Positions 1 through 9,404 of a stretch of DNA of 64,000 nt are shown in pieces. The translations under genes and the position numbers were made by a program. Source of the stretch: an uncultured Candidatus Saccharibacteria bacterium (GTDB lineage: Bacteria; Patescibacteriota; Minisyncoccia; Minisyncoccales; JANBVM01); contig CAYSZX010000001.1 in NCBI GenBank assembly GCA_964435835.1, positions 8,197-72,196 of the forward strand, written 5' to 3'. Position 1 is the first letter of the stretch; each line of letters opens with the position of its first letter. Under the pieces are notes generated by a model. It worked only from the letters and a program-made list of their open reading frames with translations, ran no database searches and was not told the origin of the DNA.

Positions 1-223
1 ATTCTGTTACTCTGTAATCAGCAATAACCCCGTCCCTTAAAGGACGATAAACAGAAATAGAATCAGGTGTCCTGCCCACCATTTGCTTAGCTTTTCTTCC
101 AACCGCTAAAATACTGTTGTTTTCAACATCAACAGCAACCACCGATGGTTCTCTTAAAACTATTCCCTTATTAGGTCGAAAAACTAAGGAATTACAAGTT
201 CCTAAATCAATACCAATTTTCAT
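1..223 (-). CDS. mreB: Rod shape-determining protein MreB/Mbl family (N-terminal part; runs off window start)
   Basis: Not in ORF track; reverse translation from ATG at 223 gives [15 protein letters not shown]...EPSVVAVD...[13 protein letters not shown]...[11 protein letters not shown], the MreB N-terminus. Confidence 0.9.
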   Translation of the reverse strand, partial: MKIGIDLGTCNSLVFRPNKGIVLREPSVVAVDVENNSILAVGRKAKQMVGRTPDSISVYRPLRDGVIADYRVTE

Positions 224-343
224 TTAAAAATATTAAAAATTAACTTAAATTCTCATTAAGTATAAGACAAAATAATAAGTTTTGCAACTTAAAAAATACC
301 TTAAAAACTTGCGATTTAAGCTACTAACAAATATAATAACAAC

Positions 344-1621
344 ATGAAAAGAAAATATAGAAAAATACTATTTATTAGCTTCTTTTTATTCTTTTTTATT
401 GTTGCTCCTATTCTCACTTTTCGCTCACAAGGCTACAGAATAGATTTTGAAAACAAAAGAATAATTCAAACTGGAGGTCTTTATTTCAAAATTAATCCTA
501 AAGAAGCAAGTGTTTATTTAAATAATGAATTTGTTAAAAAAACAGATTTCCTTTTTAATTCAATTTTAATAGAAAACCTGTTACCGCAAGAATACAACGT
601 AAAAATAAAGAAAAAAGACTACATTACTTGGGAAAAAAATCTTACCGTTAAAGAAAAACAGGTTACTGAAGCAGCCGGAATAACTCTTTTTCCTCAAGAA
701 TTTAATTTTAAATCAATCTCTAATGAAGTAGAAGATTTCTGGATTTCACCAAGCGAAGAAAAGATAATCTGGAAAGAAGTAGAAAATAATAATTGGAGCT
801 TAAAACTTTATAATTTTAATAAAGAACTACAAAGTCACTTAATAAGCGAAAAAGATATTTCTAGAAGAAAGGTTGATCTAATAAATTTAACTTTTTCTCA
901 AGACGGAGAAAAAATTTATTTAAAAGTAATTACTGCCGAACAACTCAAAACCTTTAGTTTAAATATAGATAAAGGTCCTTCTACTCTAAAAGAAGAAAAA
1001 CAGCCTCAATTAAAATCAGAGATTATAACCCATCAATCTTTTAATAATCAAAATTACTATTTAACTAGTTCTGGCTACTTATATAAAACAAAAGAAGACT
1101 TAAATAGCACTTCAATTACCGATAAAGAAGTAATCAACAAAACCCCCTTTCCTGTCAAAGCAGAAACTCCTTATCATTTATTTATTTTTCCTGAATTTAT
1201 TTTTCTAAAAGAGGGGAATATCGTTTATCTTTTCAATCAAGGAACAAAAGAATTTGAAAGATTAGAAGAACAAATTAAGAACTTTAAATTATCTCCCGAC
1301 TCTAAAACAATTGCTTATTACATTAACTCTGAAATCTGGATTTTACCTATAAAAGAAACAAAAATATATGAAGCCAAAGAAAAAGTATTTCTAGTAAGAT
1401 TTTCTGAATCAATCCAAAATATTTTTTGGATTAATTCAAATTATTTAGCTTTTAATACAAAAAATAAGGTCAAAATTACAGAAATAGATACAAGAGATCA
1501 ATTAAATATTATCGATGTTGGAGAATTTCAATCTTCAGAAATCTTTTGGAGTCCAATTACTGAAAGATTATATGTCTTAACTGATAAGAATCTTCAACAA
1601 TCAATAAAATTATTACCTTAA
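344..1621 (+). CDS. Membrane-anchored PEGA-domain protein with probable beta-propeller C-terminus
   Basis: N-terminal TM, GYRIDF..QTGGL..P..A.VYLN..L.P.EY.V.I.K.DY..W.K PEGA-like segment, SPD/SPS TolB-like repeats; divergent from mreB. Confidence 0.7.
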   Translation: MKRKYRKILFISFFLFFFIVAPILTFRSQGYRIDFENKRIIQTGGLYFKINPKEASVYLNNEFVKKTDFLFNSILIENLLPQEYNVKIKKKDYITWEKNLTVKEKQVTEAAGITLFPQEFNFKSISNEVEDFWISPSEEKIIWKEVENNNWSLKLYNFNKELQSHLISEKDISRRKVDLINLTFSQDGEKIYLKVITAEQLKTFSLNIDKGPSTLKEEKQPQLKSEIITHQSFNNQNYYLTSSGYLYKTKEDLNSTSITDKEVINKTPFPVKAETPYHLFIFPEFIFLKEGNIVYLFNQGTKEFERLEEQIKNFKLSPDSKTIAYYINSEIWILPIKETKIYEAKEKVFLVRFSESIQNIFWINSNYLAFNTKNKVKITEIDTRDQLNIIDVGEFQSSEIFWSPITERLYVLTDKNLQQSIKLLP

Positions 1622-1625
1622 TTTA

Positions 1626-1655
1626 AAAAGCCCTTCCAAAAAGGGCTTCTTCTTT
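1626..1655. terminator. Probable bidirectional intrinsic terminator between convergent PEGA gene and rpsI
   Basis: aagccct-tccaaaa-agggctt hairpin flanked by A and T tracts. Confidence 0.6.
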
Positions 1656-1673
1656 TACAATAAAAATTAAAAA

Positions 1674-2132
1674 CTATCTCTTGCTCCATTGTGGAGACTT
1701 TCTTGCTCGTTTCTTACCAAATTTCTTTCTTTCCCTCATCCTTGAATCTCTGGTTAAATAACCAGCTTTTTTTAATTTATTTTTAAATTCAGGTTTATAA
1801 ATGATAAGAGCTCTTGCTGTTCCGTGACGGATTGCTTCCGCTTGTCCAGAAAGCCCTCCTCCTCGAGCAACAATTGAAACTTTTACTTTTCCATCAAGAT
1901 TCATTTCTTTCAAAGAAGCTAAAGCTGTCTCTCTTTGAAATTTAGTTGAAAAATAATCCTTTAAAGGCTTGTCATTAACTATAAACTTACCTTTTTTCTT
2001 AGGCCAAATTCTAACCCTTGCTACTGAAGTTTTTCTTCTTCCTTCTGCTTCATAATACCAATCCTTCCCCTTCTTTTCGGTTTTCTTTTTTTCTTTTTTC
2101 TTCTTTTTTGTTTTCTTTTCTTCTTTTGCCAT
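1674..2132 (-). CDS. rpsI: 30S ribosomal protein uS9
   Basis: GRRKTSVARV, GGGLSGQAEAIRHG, ERKKFG..ARKSPQWSKR; Lys-rich N-terminal extension. Confidence 0.98.
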   Translation of the reverse strand: MAKEEKKTKKKKKEKKKTEKKGKDWYYEAEGRRKTSVARVRIWPKKKGKFIVNDKPLKDYFSTKFQRETALASLKEMNLDGKVKVSIVARGGGLSGQAEAIRHGTARALIIYKPEFKNKLKKAGYLTRDSRMRERKKFGKKRARKSPQWSKR

Positions 2133-2138
2133 AATAAA

Positions 2139-2486
2139 TTATTCAAACTTTAACCTTTTAATCTGAACCTTTCTTGTTCTATTTTTAGGTAACATCCCAT
2201 AAACAGCCTTTTTAAAAACCTTGGCTGGATTCTTTTCAAACATCTCCTTAAAAGACTTTTCTTTAATGCCGCCAATGTATCCAGTATGATGATGATATTT
2301 CTTTTTATCTGCTTTTTTTCCAGTAACCACAATTTTATCAACATTTTTTATAACAACTATATCGCCCATATCTTTACGCTTAACAAAATCAACCTTATGT
2401 TTCCCACGCAAAAGAGTAGCTACTTTTGTAGCCAACCTACCTAAAATTTCACCTTTTGCATCTATAATGTGTGTTTCTCTTTTCAT
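2139..2486 (-). CDS. rplM: 50S ribosomal protein uL13 (short, 115 aa)
   Basis: IDAKGEILGRLAT..A..LRGKHK, D.GD.VVI.N, HTGYIGG, AVYGMLPKN. Confidence 0.97.
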   Translation of the reverse strand: MKRETHIIDAKGEILGRLATKVATLLRGKHKVDFVKRKDMGDIVVIKNVDKIVVTGKKADKKKYHHHTGYIGGIKEKSFKEMFEKNPAKVFKKAVYGMLPKNRTRKVQIKRLKFE

Positions 2487-2487
2487 T

Positions 2488-2835
2488 TTAAACTAATTCT
2501 ACTATAGCCATTTTAGCACCATCGCTTTTTCTTGGTTCTAATTTTAAAATCCTCGTATAACCACCGTTTCTATTTTTATAACGAGGGCCAATTTTTTCCA
2601 TTAATTTTTTAACAACCACAGGATCAAAAAATTTAGCTAAAGACCTTCGGGCAGCCAAGTCACCTTTTTTAGCTTTTGTAATCTGTTTTTCAGCAAACTT
2701 TCTAAATTCTTTAGCTTTTGCCTCCGTAGTCTTAATTTTTTCTTTCAGAAATAATTCTCTTGCCAAAGAACGAATAAGAGCTTTTCTTTGGTTAGATTTC
2801 CGACTAAGAGTTCTTTTCTTTTTTCTTTTCTTCAT
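2488..2835 (-). CDS. rplQ: 50S ribosomal protein bL17
   Basis: IKTTEAKAKE, RNGGYTRILKL..R..DGA.MAIVELV. Confidence 0.97.
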   Translation of the reverse strand: MKKRKKKRTLSRKSNQRKALIRSLARELFLKEKIKTTEAKAKEFRKFAEKQITKAKKGDLAARRSLAKFFDPVVVKKLMEKIGPRYKNRNGGYTRILKLEPRKSDGAKMAIVELV

Positions 2836-2836
2836 C

Positions 2837-3805
2837 TTATTCTTCTTTTTCTTTTAAGCTAACATCTAATTCTTTTAAAGCCTTATCAACCTTTTTTAAT
2901 CTTCCTGGACCCATTCCATCAATATCTAAAAGACTTTCTCTTGTTCTGCGTAATAAACCAGCAATTGTTTTGATATTATCATCTCGAAGCAAATTAATAG
3001 TTTTAGTTGGTAAATCTAAATCTTCAATCTTAATCTTTTTTACTTTCTTCTTCTTTTTTGGCTTTTCTTCTTTTTCTTCCTCCTCTTCTTCCTCTTCCTC
3101 CTCTTCTTCTTTTTCCTCTTCGACTCCATATTCGTCATGAATTAATTCAAAATGTTGAAGTAATATCTTTGAGCCCCGTCCTAAAGCTTCTTCCGGAGTA
3201 ATAGTTCCATCAGTTTCAATTTCTAAAAATAATCTATCAAAATCAGTTCTTTCACCCACCCTCATATCTTCAGATCTAAAAGTAACTTTTTTAATTGGAC
3301 TAAAGATAGCATCTATTAAAATAACACCGATTTCGATATTCTCTTCTTTTTTCTTATCTTTGGTTTGATAACCAATCCCCTTTTCAACCTTAATTTCCAT
3401 TTTCAGCTTAGCTTTTTTATCAGTTAAAGTAGCAATATGAACATCTTTATTAACTAATTCCAGCTGACTTGAAATTTTGAGATCTTTACCAGTAACTTCT
3501 TTTTTTCCTTTTACATCCAAGGTTGCTTTTTGAGGCTTATCAGAAAACATCTTAAATCTTAATTTTTTTAAATTAAGAATAATATTAATCACATCCTCTA
3601 AAACACCAGAAATAGTTGAAAATTCATGAGAAACTCCGTCAATCTTAACTTGAGTTACAGCTGCTCCACCCAAAGAAGAAAGTAAAACTCTTCTAAGAGC
3701 ATTGCCAAGAGTTACTCCGTAACCAGGATAAAGCTCACTTATTTCAAAAATAGCTTTATTACCATCTTCTTCGACAATTTTAGGTTTTTTAGACAAAGGA
3801 ATCAT
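2837..3805 (-). CDS. rpoA: RNA polymerase alpha subunit
   Basis: PGYGVTLGNALRRVLLSS, HEFSTISGVLEDV, RVGERTDFDRL; start moved to MIPL at 3805 to avoid overlap with rpsD; poly-Glu/Lys linker before CTD. Confidence 0.97.
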   Translation of the reverse strand: MIPLSKKPKIVEEDGNKAIFEISELYPGYGVTLGNALRRVLLSSLGGAAVTQVKIDGVSHEFSTISGVLEDVINIILNLKKLRFKMFSDKPQKATLDVKGKKEVTGKDLKISSQLELVNKDVHIATLTDKKAKLKMEIKVEKGIGYQTKDKKKEENIEIGVILIDAIFSPIKKVTFRSEDMRVGERTDFDRLFLEIETDGTITPEEALGRGSKILLQHFELIHDEYGVEEEKEEEEEEEEEEEEKEEKPKKKKKVKKIKIEDLDLPTKTINLLRDDNIKTIAGLLRRTRESLLDIDGMGPGRLKKVDKALKELDVSLKEKEE

Positions 3806-3821
3806 ATATTTTTTAAAATTA

Positions 3822-4442
3822 TTATCTTGAGTAAAACTCAAAGATAGCTTGTATATTAACAGGAGGAGACACCTCCTCTAAAGTTGGTATATGAATTATT
3901 TTCCCTTCCATTTTCTTTAAATCAAAATGAACCCAAGGAACTTTTTCGCTCTTCATTCTTTTCTTAAAGCTCTTAATAACTTTTTTCTTAGTTTTTTGAG
4001 GTCTAAGAGAAACAACTTGTTCCTCCTTTAAATGATAAGAAGGAATATCGACTGGATTTCCGTCAACTAAAAAGAAACCGTGAGAAACTAATTGCCTTGC
4101 CTGACTTCTAGAAAGACCAAATCCTAATCTATAAACAAAACTATCAAGACGAGTTTCCAATAAATTTATTAATCTATCAGAAGCATTTTCAGTTTTTTCT
4201 TTAAAAACTCTAGTAATGTATTTTCTAAGCTGGGCTTCTCTTAACCCATAAATATTTTTCAACTTCTGTTTTTCGTTTAACTGCTTAGCATATTCAGACG
4301 GACGTCCTTTTCGTCTAGTTCCTTTTTGACCGGGTGGATATGGTTTTTTAACCATTGCACAATTTTGAGAATAACAACGATCCCCTTTTAAAAAGAGTTT
4401 TTCTCCTAACCTCCGACAAATTTTACACTTTGGTTTTAACAT
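3822..4442 (-). CDS. rpsD: 30S ribosomal protein uS4 (Zn-binding type)
   Basis: CKICRR..KLFLKG.RC...C, EKQKL, LETRLD, ARQLVSHG. Confidence 0.98.
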   Translation of the reverse strand: MLKPKCKICRRLGEKLFLKGDRCYSQNCAMVKKPYPPGQKGTRRKGRPSEYAKQLNEKQKLKNIYGLREAQLRKYITRVFKEKTENASDRLINLLETRLDSFVYRLGFGLSRSQARQLVSHGFFLVDGNPVDIPSYHLKEEQVVSLRPQKTKKKVIKSFKKRMKSEKVPWVHFDLKKMEGKIIHIPTLEEVSPPVNIQAIFEFYSR

Positions 4443-4461
4443 AATTTAAATAAAAAATTCC

Positions 4462-4914
4462 TTATACCCTTCTTGGTTTTTTAGCTCGACAACCATTATG
4501 TGGGATTGGAGTAATATCTTTAACAGAAACAATAGTCAAGCCATTAGCAGCTAATCCTTTAAGAGCAGAAACTCTTCCCGCTCCTATTCCTTTAACAACA
4601 ACGTCAAGCTTCTTAATTTTTGCTTTTTTAACCGCATAAGCCATTGCTTCAGCTACTTTTGTGGCGGCAAAAGAGGTTCCTTTTTTAGTTCCTTTAAATC
4701 CTAGTTTTCCAGCTGAAGTCCAAAACAAAGCGTTACCAGCCATATCTGTTAAAGTCATAATAATATTATTGTAGCTACAAGTAAGATGAATCTTACCTTC
4801 TTTTATTCTAGCAGCGGTATTTAAATTTAAATCTTCCTTAACAGAAGATTCAACTTTTTTTCTTTCCTTTAATAATTCTTCTTTACTTTTGGTAACAATA
4901 TGTTTCTTGCCCAT
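4462..4914 (-). CDS. rpsK: 30S ribosomal protein uS11
   Basis: SYNN, GFKGTKKGT.FAA, DITPIPHNGCR. Confidence 0.98.
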   Translation of the reverse strand: MGKKHIVTKSKEELLKERKKVESSVKEDLNLNTAARIKEGKIHLTCSYNNIIMTLTDMAGNALFWTSAGKLGFKGTKKGTSFAATKVAEAMAYAVKKAKIKKLDVVVKGIGAGRVSALKGLAANGLTIVSVKDITPIPHNGCRAKKPRRV

Positions 4915-4925
4915 ACTTTAATATT

Positions 4926-5315
4926 TTATTTTGGATTTGGAGCTTGCTTTCTCCCTGATCCAACAGTTCTTCTAACATTACCTCTAACAGTTCGACTATT
5001 TGTTTTTGTTCTTTGTCCTCTAACTGGCAAACCTTTCTTGTGCCTTATTCCTCTCCAACAATCAATATCCTTTAATCTTTTAATTGAATTAATAACTTCT
5101 CTTTTTAATTCACCCTCAACTGTAAAATCCTTTTCTATAATTTTCTTTAAGCGATTAATTTCTTCAGAATTCAAATCTTTAGCTTCAGTAGCAGGATCAA
5201 TATTAGCTGTTTCTAAAATATCTTTACTTGAAGAAAGACCTATTCCGTAAATATAGGTTAAAGCTACTTCTATTTTCTTGTCTTTTGGTATATTAACTCC
5301 GCTAATTCTTGGCAT
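4926..5315 (-). CDS. rpsM: 30S ribosomal protein uS13
   Basis: RISGVNIP..K....ALTYIYGIG, RH.KGLPVRGQRTKTNSRT. Confidence 0.98.
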   Translation of the reverse strand: MPRISGVNIPKDKKIEVALTYIYGIGLSSSKDILETANIDPATEAKDLNSEEINRLKKIIEKDFTVEGELKREVINSIKRLKDIDCWRGIRHKKGLPVRGQRTKTNSRTVRGNVRRTVGSGRKQAPNPK

Positions 5316-5431
5316 TATCCTTGTCTTTGTTTATGTTTAGGGTTTTTCTTACAAATAACATAGACTCGTCCCTTTCTACGGACGATTTGACAATGTCTAC
5401 ATATTTTTTTAACAGATGATTTAACTCTCAT
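5315..5431 (-). CDS. rpmJ: 50S ribosomal protein bL36 (Zn type, 38 aa), below ORF-track cutoff
   Basis: Manual translation [38 protein letters not shown]; TAATG overlap with rpsM; canonical infA-rpmJ-rpsM position. Confidence 0.97.
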   Translation of the reverse strand: MRVKSSVKKICRHCQIVRRKGRVYVICKKNPKHKQRQG

Positions 5432-5437
5432 AATTTT

Positions 5438-5656
5438 TTATGTTTTTCTATAAATTATCCTTCCTTTACTTTTATCATAAGGGCTTATTTCTAAAGTTAC
5501 CTTATCGCCAGGTAAAACATTAATCCTATACATTCTTAATTTCCCAGCTAAATAAGCTAAAACTTCTTTACCATCCTCAAGTTCAACTTTGAACTTACCA
5601 TCTGGTAAAGCTTCTATAACTTGCCCTGTTTTTTTTATCTTTTTCTCTTTATTCAC
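5438..5656 (-). CDS. infA: Translation initiation factor IF-1
   Basis: [47 protein letters not shown]. Confidence 0.97.
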   Translation of the reverse strand: MNKEKKIKKTGQVIEALPDGKFKVELEDGKEVLAYLAGKLRMYRINVLPGDKVTLEISPYDKSKGRIIYRKT

Positions 5657-5666
5657 TAATGGTTAA

Positions 5667-5695
5667 AATTTAACAAAAATATTAAAGATAGTCAA
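5667..5695 (-). promoter_or_regulatory. Sigma70-type promoter for infA-rpmJ-alpha operon
   Basis: TTGACT-17 nt-TAAATT with TG extension. Confidence 0.6.
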
Positions 5696-5702
5696 CTTAA
5701 TT

Positions 5703-6923
5703 TTAACTAATTAAGGGATAAATAACTTCTATCCTCTCTTTTTCTTTCGGAACAGTATTGACCCAAAATGGCCAAAAATTTATCTCAGCATCAGTAATTT
5801 CATTTTGATTTTCTAAAAGAAACTCTGTTTCAGAAGCTTGCTTACCTTTTAACTGATCTTTTAAAAAATCAATATCAATTTGAGGATAAGTTTCTGTTTC
5901 TACAGTAAAATTAACAGAAAGAGTTTCATTCTCCCAATCAACATTTTCTAAATTATAATCTATTTTTAAACTATCTTCATACAATAAACTATTCTTTGGA
6001 ATCTGGGACTCAACATAATTTCTAACTAAGTCTCTAGCTATTTCTGATTCAAAAGAAATTACTTTAGATTTCCCCTTAACAGTAAAATCAAAATTATTTA
6101 CAATTTCCTCTTCTTCATTAGAAGAAAAACGTTCCAAAATAACCTCCTTAAAAGCATCATCTAAAATTACATATTCATCCTCTATCTTACTTCGAAGAAG
6201 TTTTGTAGCCTCTTGTTTAACTTTAGCAACTAAAACATCTTCAGCGCTTTCTAAATCATTACTTGTAATCTTACCGAGTTCCCCTCCTCCTTCCATTGGC
6301 TGAAAAGACTCACCATAAAAATTAGTATAACGATCAGTTCCCCTATAAACATAAATCGAGAAAGAAGAAGGTTCTATATTATATTCTTCGCCAGATTCAA
6401 CAGCAACAACCGGAACATCAACATGGCTCGGAATTATTTTATCATTCTGAATTTCAGCCCCTGGAACAACAATTTTCTCTTTAGATTTAAAGATCTTTCC
6501 ACCTTCAGAAACAAATCTTGTCCCTGCCAACCAAGTTTCTGTTCTTGTTGTATAGGCATTATAAAGCCTAATCACTCCTTCTGCTTTTCTTTTAGTAGTA
6601 CCCGTAACAGGAAATTCATCAGTTATTTCCACTTCCTCTTCAAAAACTCGACCCGAAACTATATTCTCTTCATAATCATTTTCTAAAACACCAGTATCTA
6701 CAGTAAAATTAGAATCAAGATTAAAAGTTTGCGTTTTAGGCCAAATCTTAATCTCCGATTTAGACATTTCAAAAGTAACAAATAAGCCTAAACCTAAAGC
6801 CACCAAGAACAAGAAAATTCCCCAATTGAACTTAAAAGAAAACTTCTTTTTGGATTTTTCTTTTCTTGATTCTTTAATTTCTTTGTTATTTTTAGGTGGG
6901 GTAATATCCCAAAACTTTTTCAT
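5703..6923 (-). CDS. Membrane-anchored protein with baseplate-J-like domain (CPR-conserved type)
   Basis: DITPP N-terminus, one TM, KAEG.IRLYN..AGTRF..G..F, V.VVAVESGEEYNI, GG, C-terminal PFWVNTVP. Confidence 0.6.
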   Translation of the reverse strand: MKKFWDITPPKNNKEIKESRKEKSKKKFSFKFNWGIFLFLVALGLGLFVTFEMSKSEIKIWPKTQTFNLDSNFTVDTGVLENDYEENIVSGRVFEEEVEITDEFPVTGTTKRKAEGVIRLYNAYTTRTETWLAGTRFVSEGGKIFKSKEKIVVPGAEIQNDKIIPSHVDVPVVAVESGEEYNIEPSSFSIYVYRGTDRYTNFYGESFQPMEGGGELGKITSNDLESAEDVLVAKVKQEATKLLRSKIEDEYVILDDAFKEVILERFSSNEEEEIVNNFDFTVKGKSKVISFESEIARDLVRNYVESQIPKNSLLYEDSLKIDYNLENVDWENETLSVNFTVETETYPQIDIDFLKDQLKGKQASETEFLLENQNEITDAEINFWPFWVNTVPKEKERIEVIYPLIS

Positions 6924-6927
6924 AATT

Positions 6928-8709
6928 TTATTCTAATACAGCTCTTATCCTTCTAACTCCTGCGCTAGAAGATTTTTCTTTAATAATTTTAAAACGGCCC
7001 AGTTCCTTAGTATTTTCCACATGCGGACCAGCACAAATCTCTTTAGAAAAATTACCAACCGAATAAACACTAACTTTGTCCGGATATTTATCTTTGAATA
7101 AGGCCAGGGCACCTGAATTTAAAGCTTTTTCTAATTCCATTTCTTTTTCTTTTACTGCTAACCCCTCTTTTATCTTTTGATTAACTAAATCCTCTACTTT
7201 TTTTAATTCTTTATCAGTCATTGGTTTGGAATGACTAAAATCAAATCTTAACCTTTTAGGATTAATATTTGATCCCTTCTGTTCAACATGATCTCCTAAA
7301 ACCTCTCTTAAAGATTGATGTAACAAGTGAGTAGCAGTATGTAATTTGGTAGATTCATAATTAGCATCCTTTCCTACTCCACCGAATTTCTTTTCTGCCC
7401 CAACTCTTGAAACTTTTTGGTGTTCTTTTTTTGCCTTCTTCCAGCTCTCCTCCTTTATAAATTTTACCCCCTCTTCTTGAGCAATTTCTTTAATCATTTC
7501 CAAAGGTAGTCCATACGTCTTATAAATATCATAAGCTTCAGCCCCAGTAATAGAACCTTTTTTTTCAAAAATAGAGTGAACTTCTTTTTCCCCCCTTTCT
7601 AAAGTTTTAGAAAACTTCTGTTCTTCCTTTTTAATTACTTTAAATATATCCTCTCTTCTCTTTTCTAATAAAGGATAAAACTCTTTATACTTTTCAATTA
7701 TTTCTTTAGCTAAATCAATTAAAAAATCACCCTCTAAATCAATTTGTTTTCCAAATCTAATCATTCTTCTTAATAATCTTCTTAAAATATAACCCTGGCC
7801 CTCATTAGAAGGAATTATTCCTTCCGAGGCTAAAAAAACAACTCCTCTTATATGATCAGCTAAAATTCTAAAAATCCTCTTTTCTTTATTATAATCCTTA
7901 CTAGAAAGAGATTCAATTTTATCAATAACAGAAGAAAACAAATCAGTTTTATAAACAGAAGGCTTGCCTTGTAAAATACTTAACATTCTTTCTAGTCCCA
8001 TACCAGTATCAACATTTTTTTGTTTTAAAAGCCTATAAGAACCGCCCCTCTCTCTATAATATTGCATAAAAACTAAATTCCAAATTTCAAGAAAACGATC
8101 ACATTTTTCACAATTAGGCCCACAATCTTGACCACCACAACCAAATTCTTCCCCTTTATCATAAAAAATCTCAGTTGAGGGACCACAAGGTCCAGTATTT
8201 CCTACTGGTCCCCAAAAATTATCATCTTCAAATTCAGTAATCTTTTCTTCCGGAAAACCATGTTTCATCCAAATCTCTTTAGCCTTAATATCTTTTTCTA
8301 TTTCGTCATTTCCTTTAAAAATAGTAATTGATAATTTGTTTTTATCTATTTTTAAAACATTAAGCAAAAAATCAACAGCATAATTAATAGCTCCTTCTTT
8401 AAAATAACCTCCTTTCTTTTCTCCAATAGACCAATTACCCAACATTTCAAAAAAAGTATGATGTGTCTCATCACCCACTTCTTCAATATCATCAGATCTA
8501 AAACATTTTTGACAAGAAGCTAACTTATTATTCTCAAAATCTTCAAAAACATCTTTTTCTCCAGCCAAATGTAAAGTAAACTGCTGCATTCCAGCTGTAG
8601 TAAATAAAACAGAAGAATTAATTGGCTTAAGTGAAGAAGAAGGAACAATATTATGTTCATTCTTTTTAAAATAATTTAAATAATGATTTCTTAATTTTCT
8701 ATACTTCAT
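6928..8709 (-). CDS. alaS: Alanine--tRNA ligase, short form lacking C-Ala domain
   Basis: LFTTAGMQ, HHTFFEMLGNWS, GPCGP.TEI, DTGMGLER, GYILRRLLRR, editing motifs HTATHLLH and EICAGPHV; 593 aa. Confidence 0.95.
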   Translation of the reverse strand: MKYRKLRNHYLNYFKKNEHNIVPSSSLKPINSSVLFTTAGMQQFTLHLAGEKDVFEDFENNKLASCQKCFRSDDIEEVGDETHHTFFEMLGNWSIGEKKGGYFKEGAINYAVDFLLNVLKIDKNKLSITIFKGNDEIEKDIKAKEIWMKHGFPEEKITEFEDDNFWGPVGNTGPCGPSTEIFYDKGEEFGCGGQDCGPNCEKCDRFLEIWNLVFMQYYRERGGSYRLLKQKNVDTGMGLERMLSILQGKPSVYKTDLFSSVIDKIESLSSKDYNKEKRIFRILADHIRGVVFLASEGIIPSNEGQGYILRRLLRRMIRFGKQIDLEGDFLIDLAKEIIEKYKEFYPLLEKRREDIFKVIKKEEQKFSKTLERGEKEVHSIFEKKGSITGAEAYDIYKTYGLPLEMIKEIAQEEGVKFIKEESWKKAKKEHQKVSRVGAEKKFGGVGKDANYESTKLHTATHLLHQSLREVLGDHVEQKGSNINPKRLRFDFSHSKPMTDKELKKVEDLVNQKIKEGLAVKEKEMELEKALNSGALALFKDKYPDKVSVYSVGNFSKEICAGPHVENTKELGRFKIIKEKSSSAGVRRIRAVLE

Positions 8710-9404
8710 TTTAAGCTCTTTACTGTTTCAATTATCTTAACAAATTCTTTAGAATCCAAAGAAGCGCCACCAACCAAAACACCATTAAATTTATCTTCTC
8801 CAACAAAATCTAAAACATTACTACTATTAACACTTCCTCCATACAAAACAATTTGTTTTTCTTTAAAAGTATTTTGAATTTCTGAATTCATCTTTTTTGC
8901 TTTTTCTGGATTATAAGGTTTACCAGTCCCAATTGCAGAAATTGGTTCAAAAGCAATTATTACTTTGCTTTTATCTTCTATATTCTTCAAGCCAGTTTCT
9001 AATTGAGAAATTTTATCAATACATAAAATAGGAATTAAACTTTCCTCTAAACAAAGACTAATTTTCTTTTGAATAACTTCACCCTCTTCTTTAAATAATC
9101 TTCTTCTTTCCGAATGACCAATAATAACATATTTACAATTCAAGTCTTTCAACATTAAAACAGAAACTTCTCCGGTAAAAGAACCTCCTTTTTCCCAAAA
9201 ACAATTTTGAGCTCCTAAATCAAAATTTAATTGATGATTTAGGTTGTTTACAGTTTTAGGTATAAAAACAAAAGGAGGACAAATTATAACTTGAACTTTT
9301 TCACTCCTTTCAAAATGATCATTCACTCCATTTAAAAATTTCCTAGCTCTTTTTAGTGTCTTAGGATTACATTTCCAATTCCCTACAACAAATAACTGCT
9401 TCAT
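8706..9404 (-). CDS. tpiA: Triosephosphate isomerase
   Basis: GNWKCN, GHSERR, EP..AIGTG, YGGSVN, LVGGASL. Confidence 0.96.
   Translation of the reverse strand: MKQLFVVGNWKCNPKTLKRARKFLNGVNDHFERSEKVQVIICPPFVFIPKTVNNLNHQLNFDLGAQNCFWEKGGSFTGEVSVLMLKDLNCKYVIIGHSERRRLFKEEGEVIQKKISLCLEESLIPILCIDKISQLETGLKNIEDKSKVIIAFEPISAIGTGKPYNPEKAKKMNSEIQNTFKEKQIVLYGGSVNSSNVLDFVGEDKFNGVLVGGASLDSKEFVKIIETVKSLK

Noticed and set aside
5703-6923. Prophage or contractile injection system suggested by the baseplate-J-like gene
   Set aside because: No tail, sheath, capsid, terminase or integrase genes nearby
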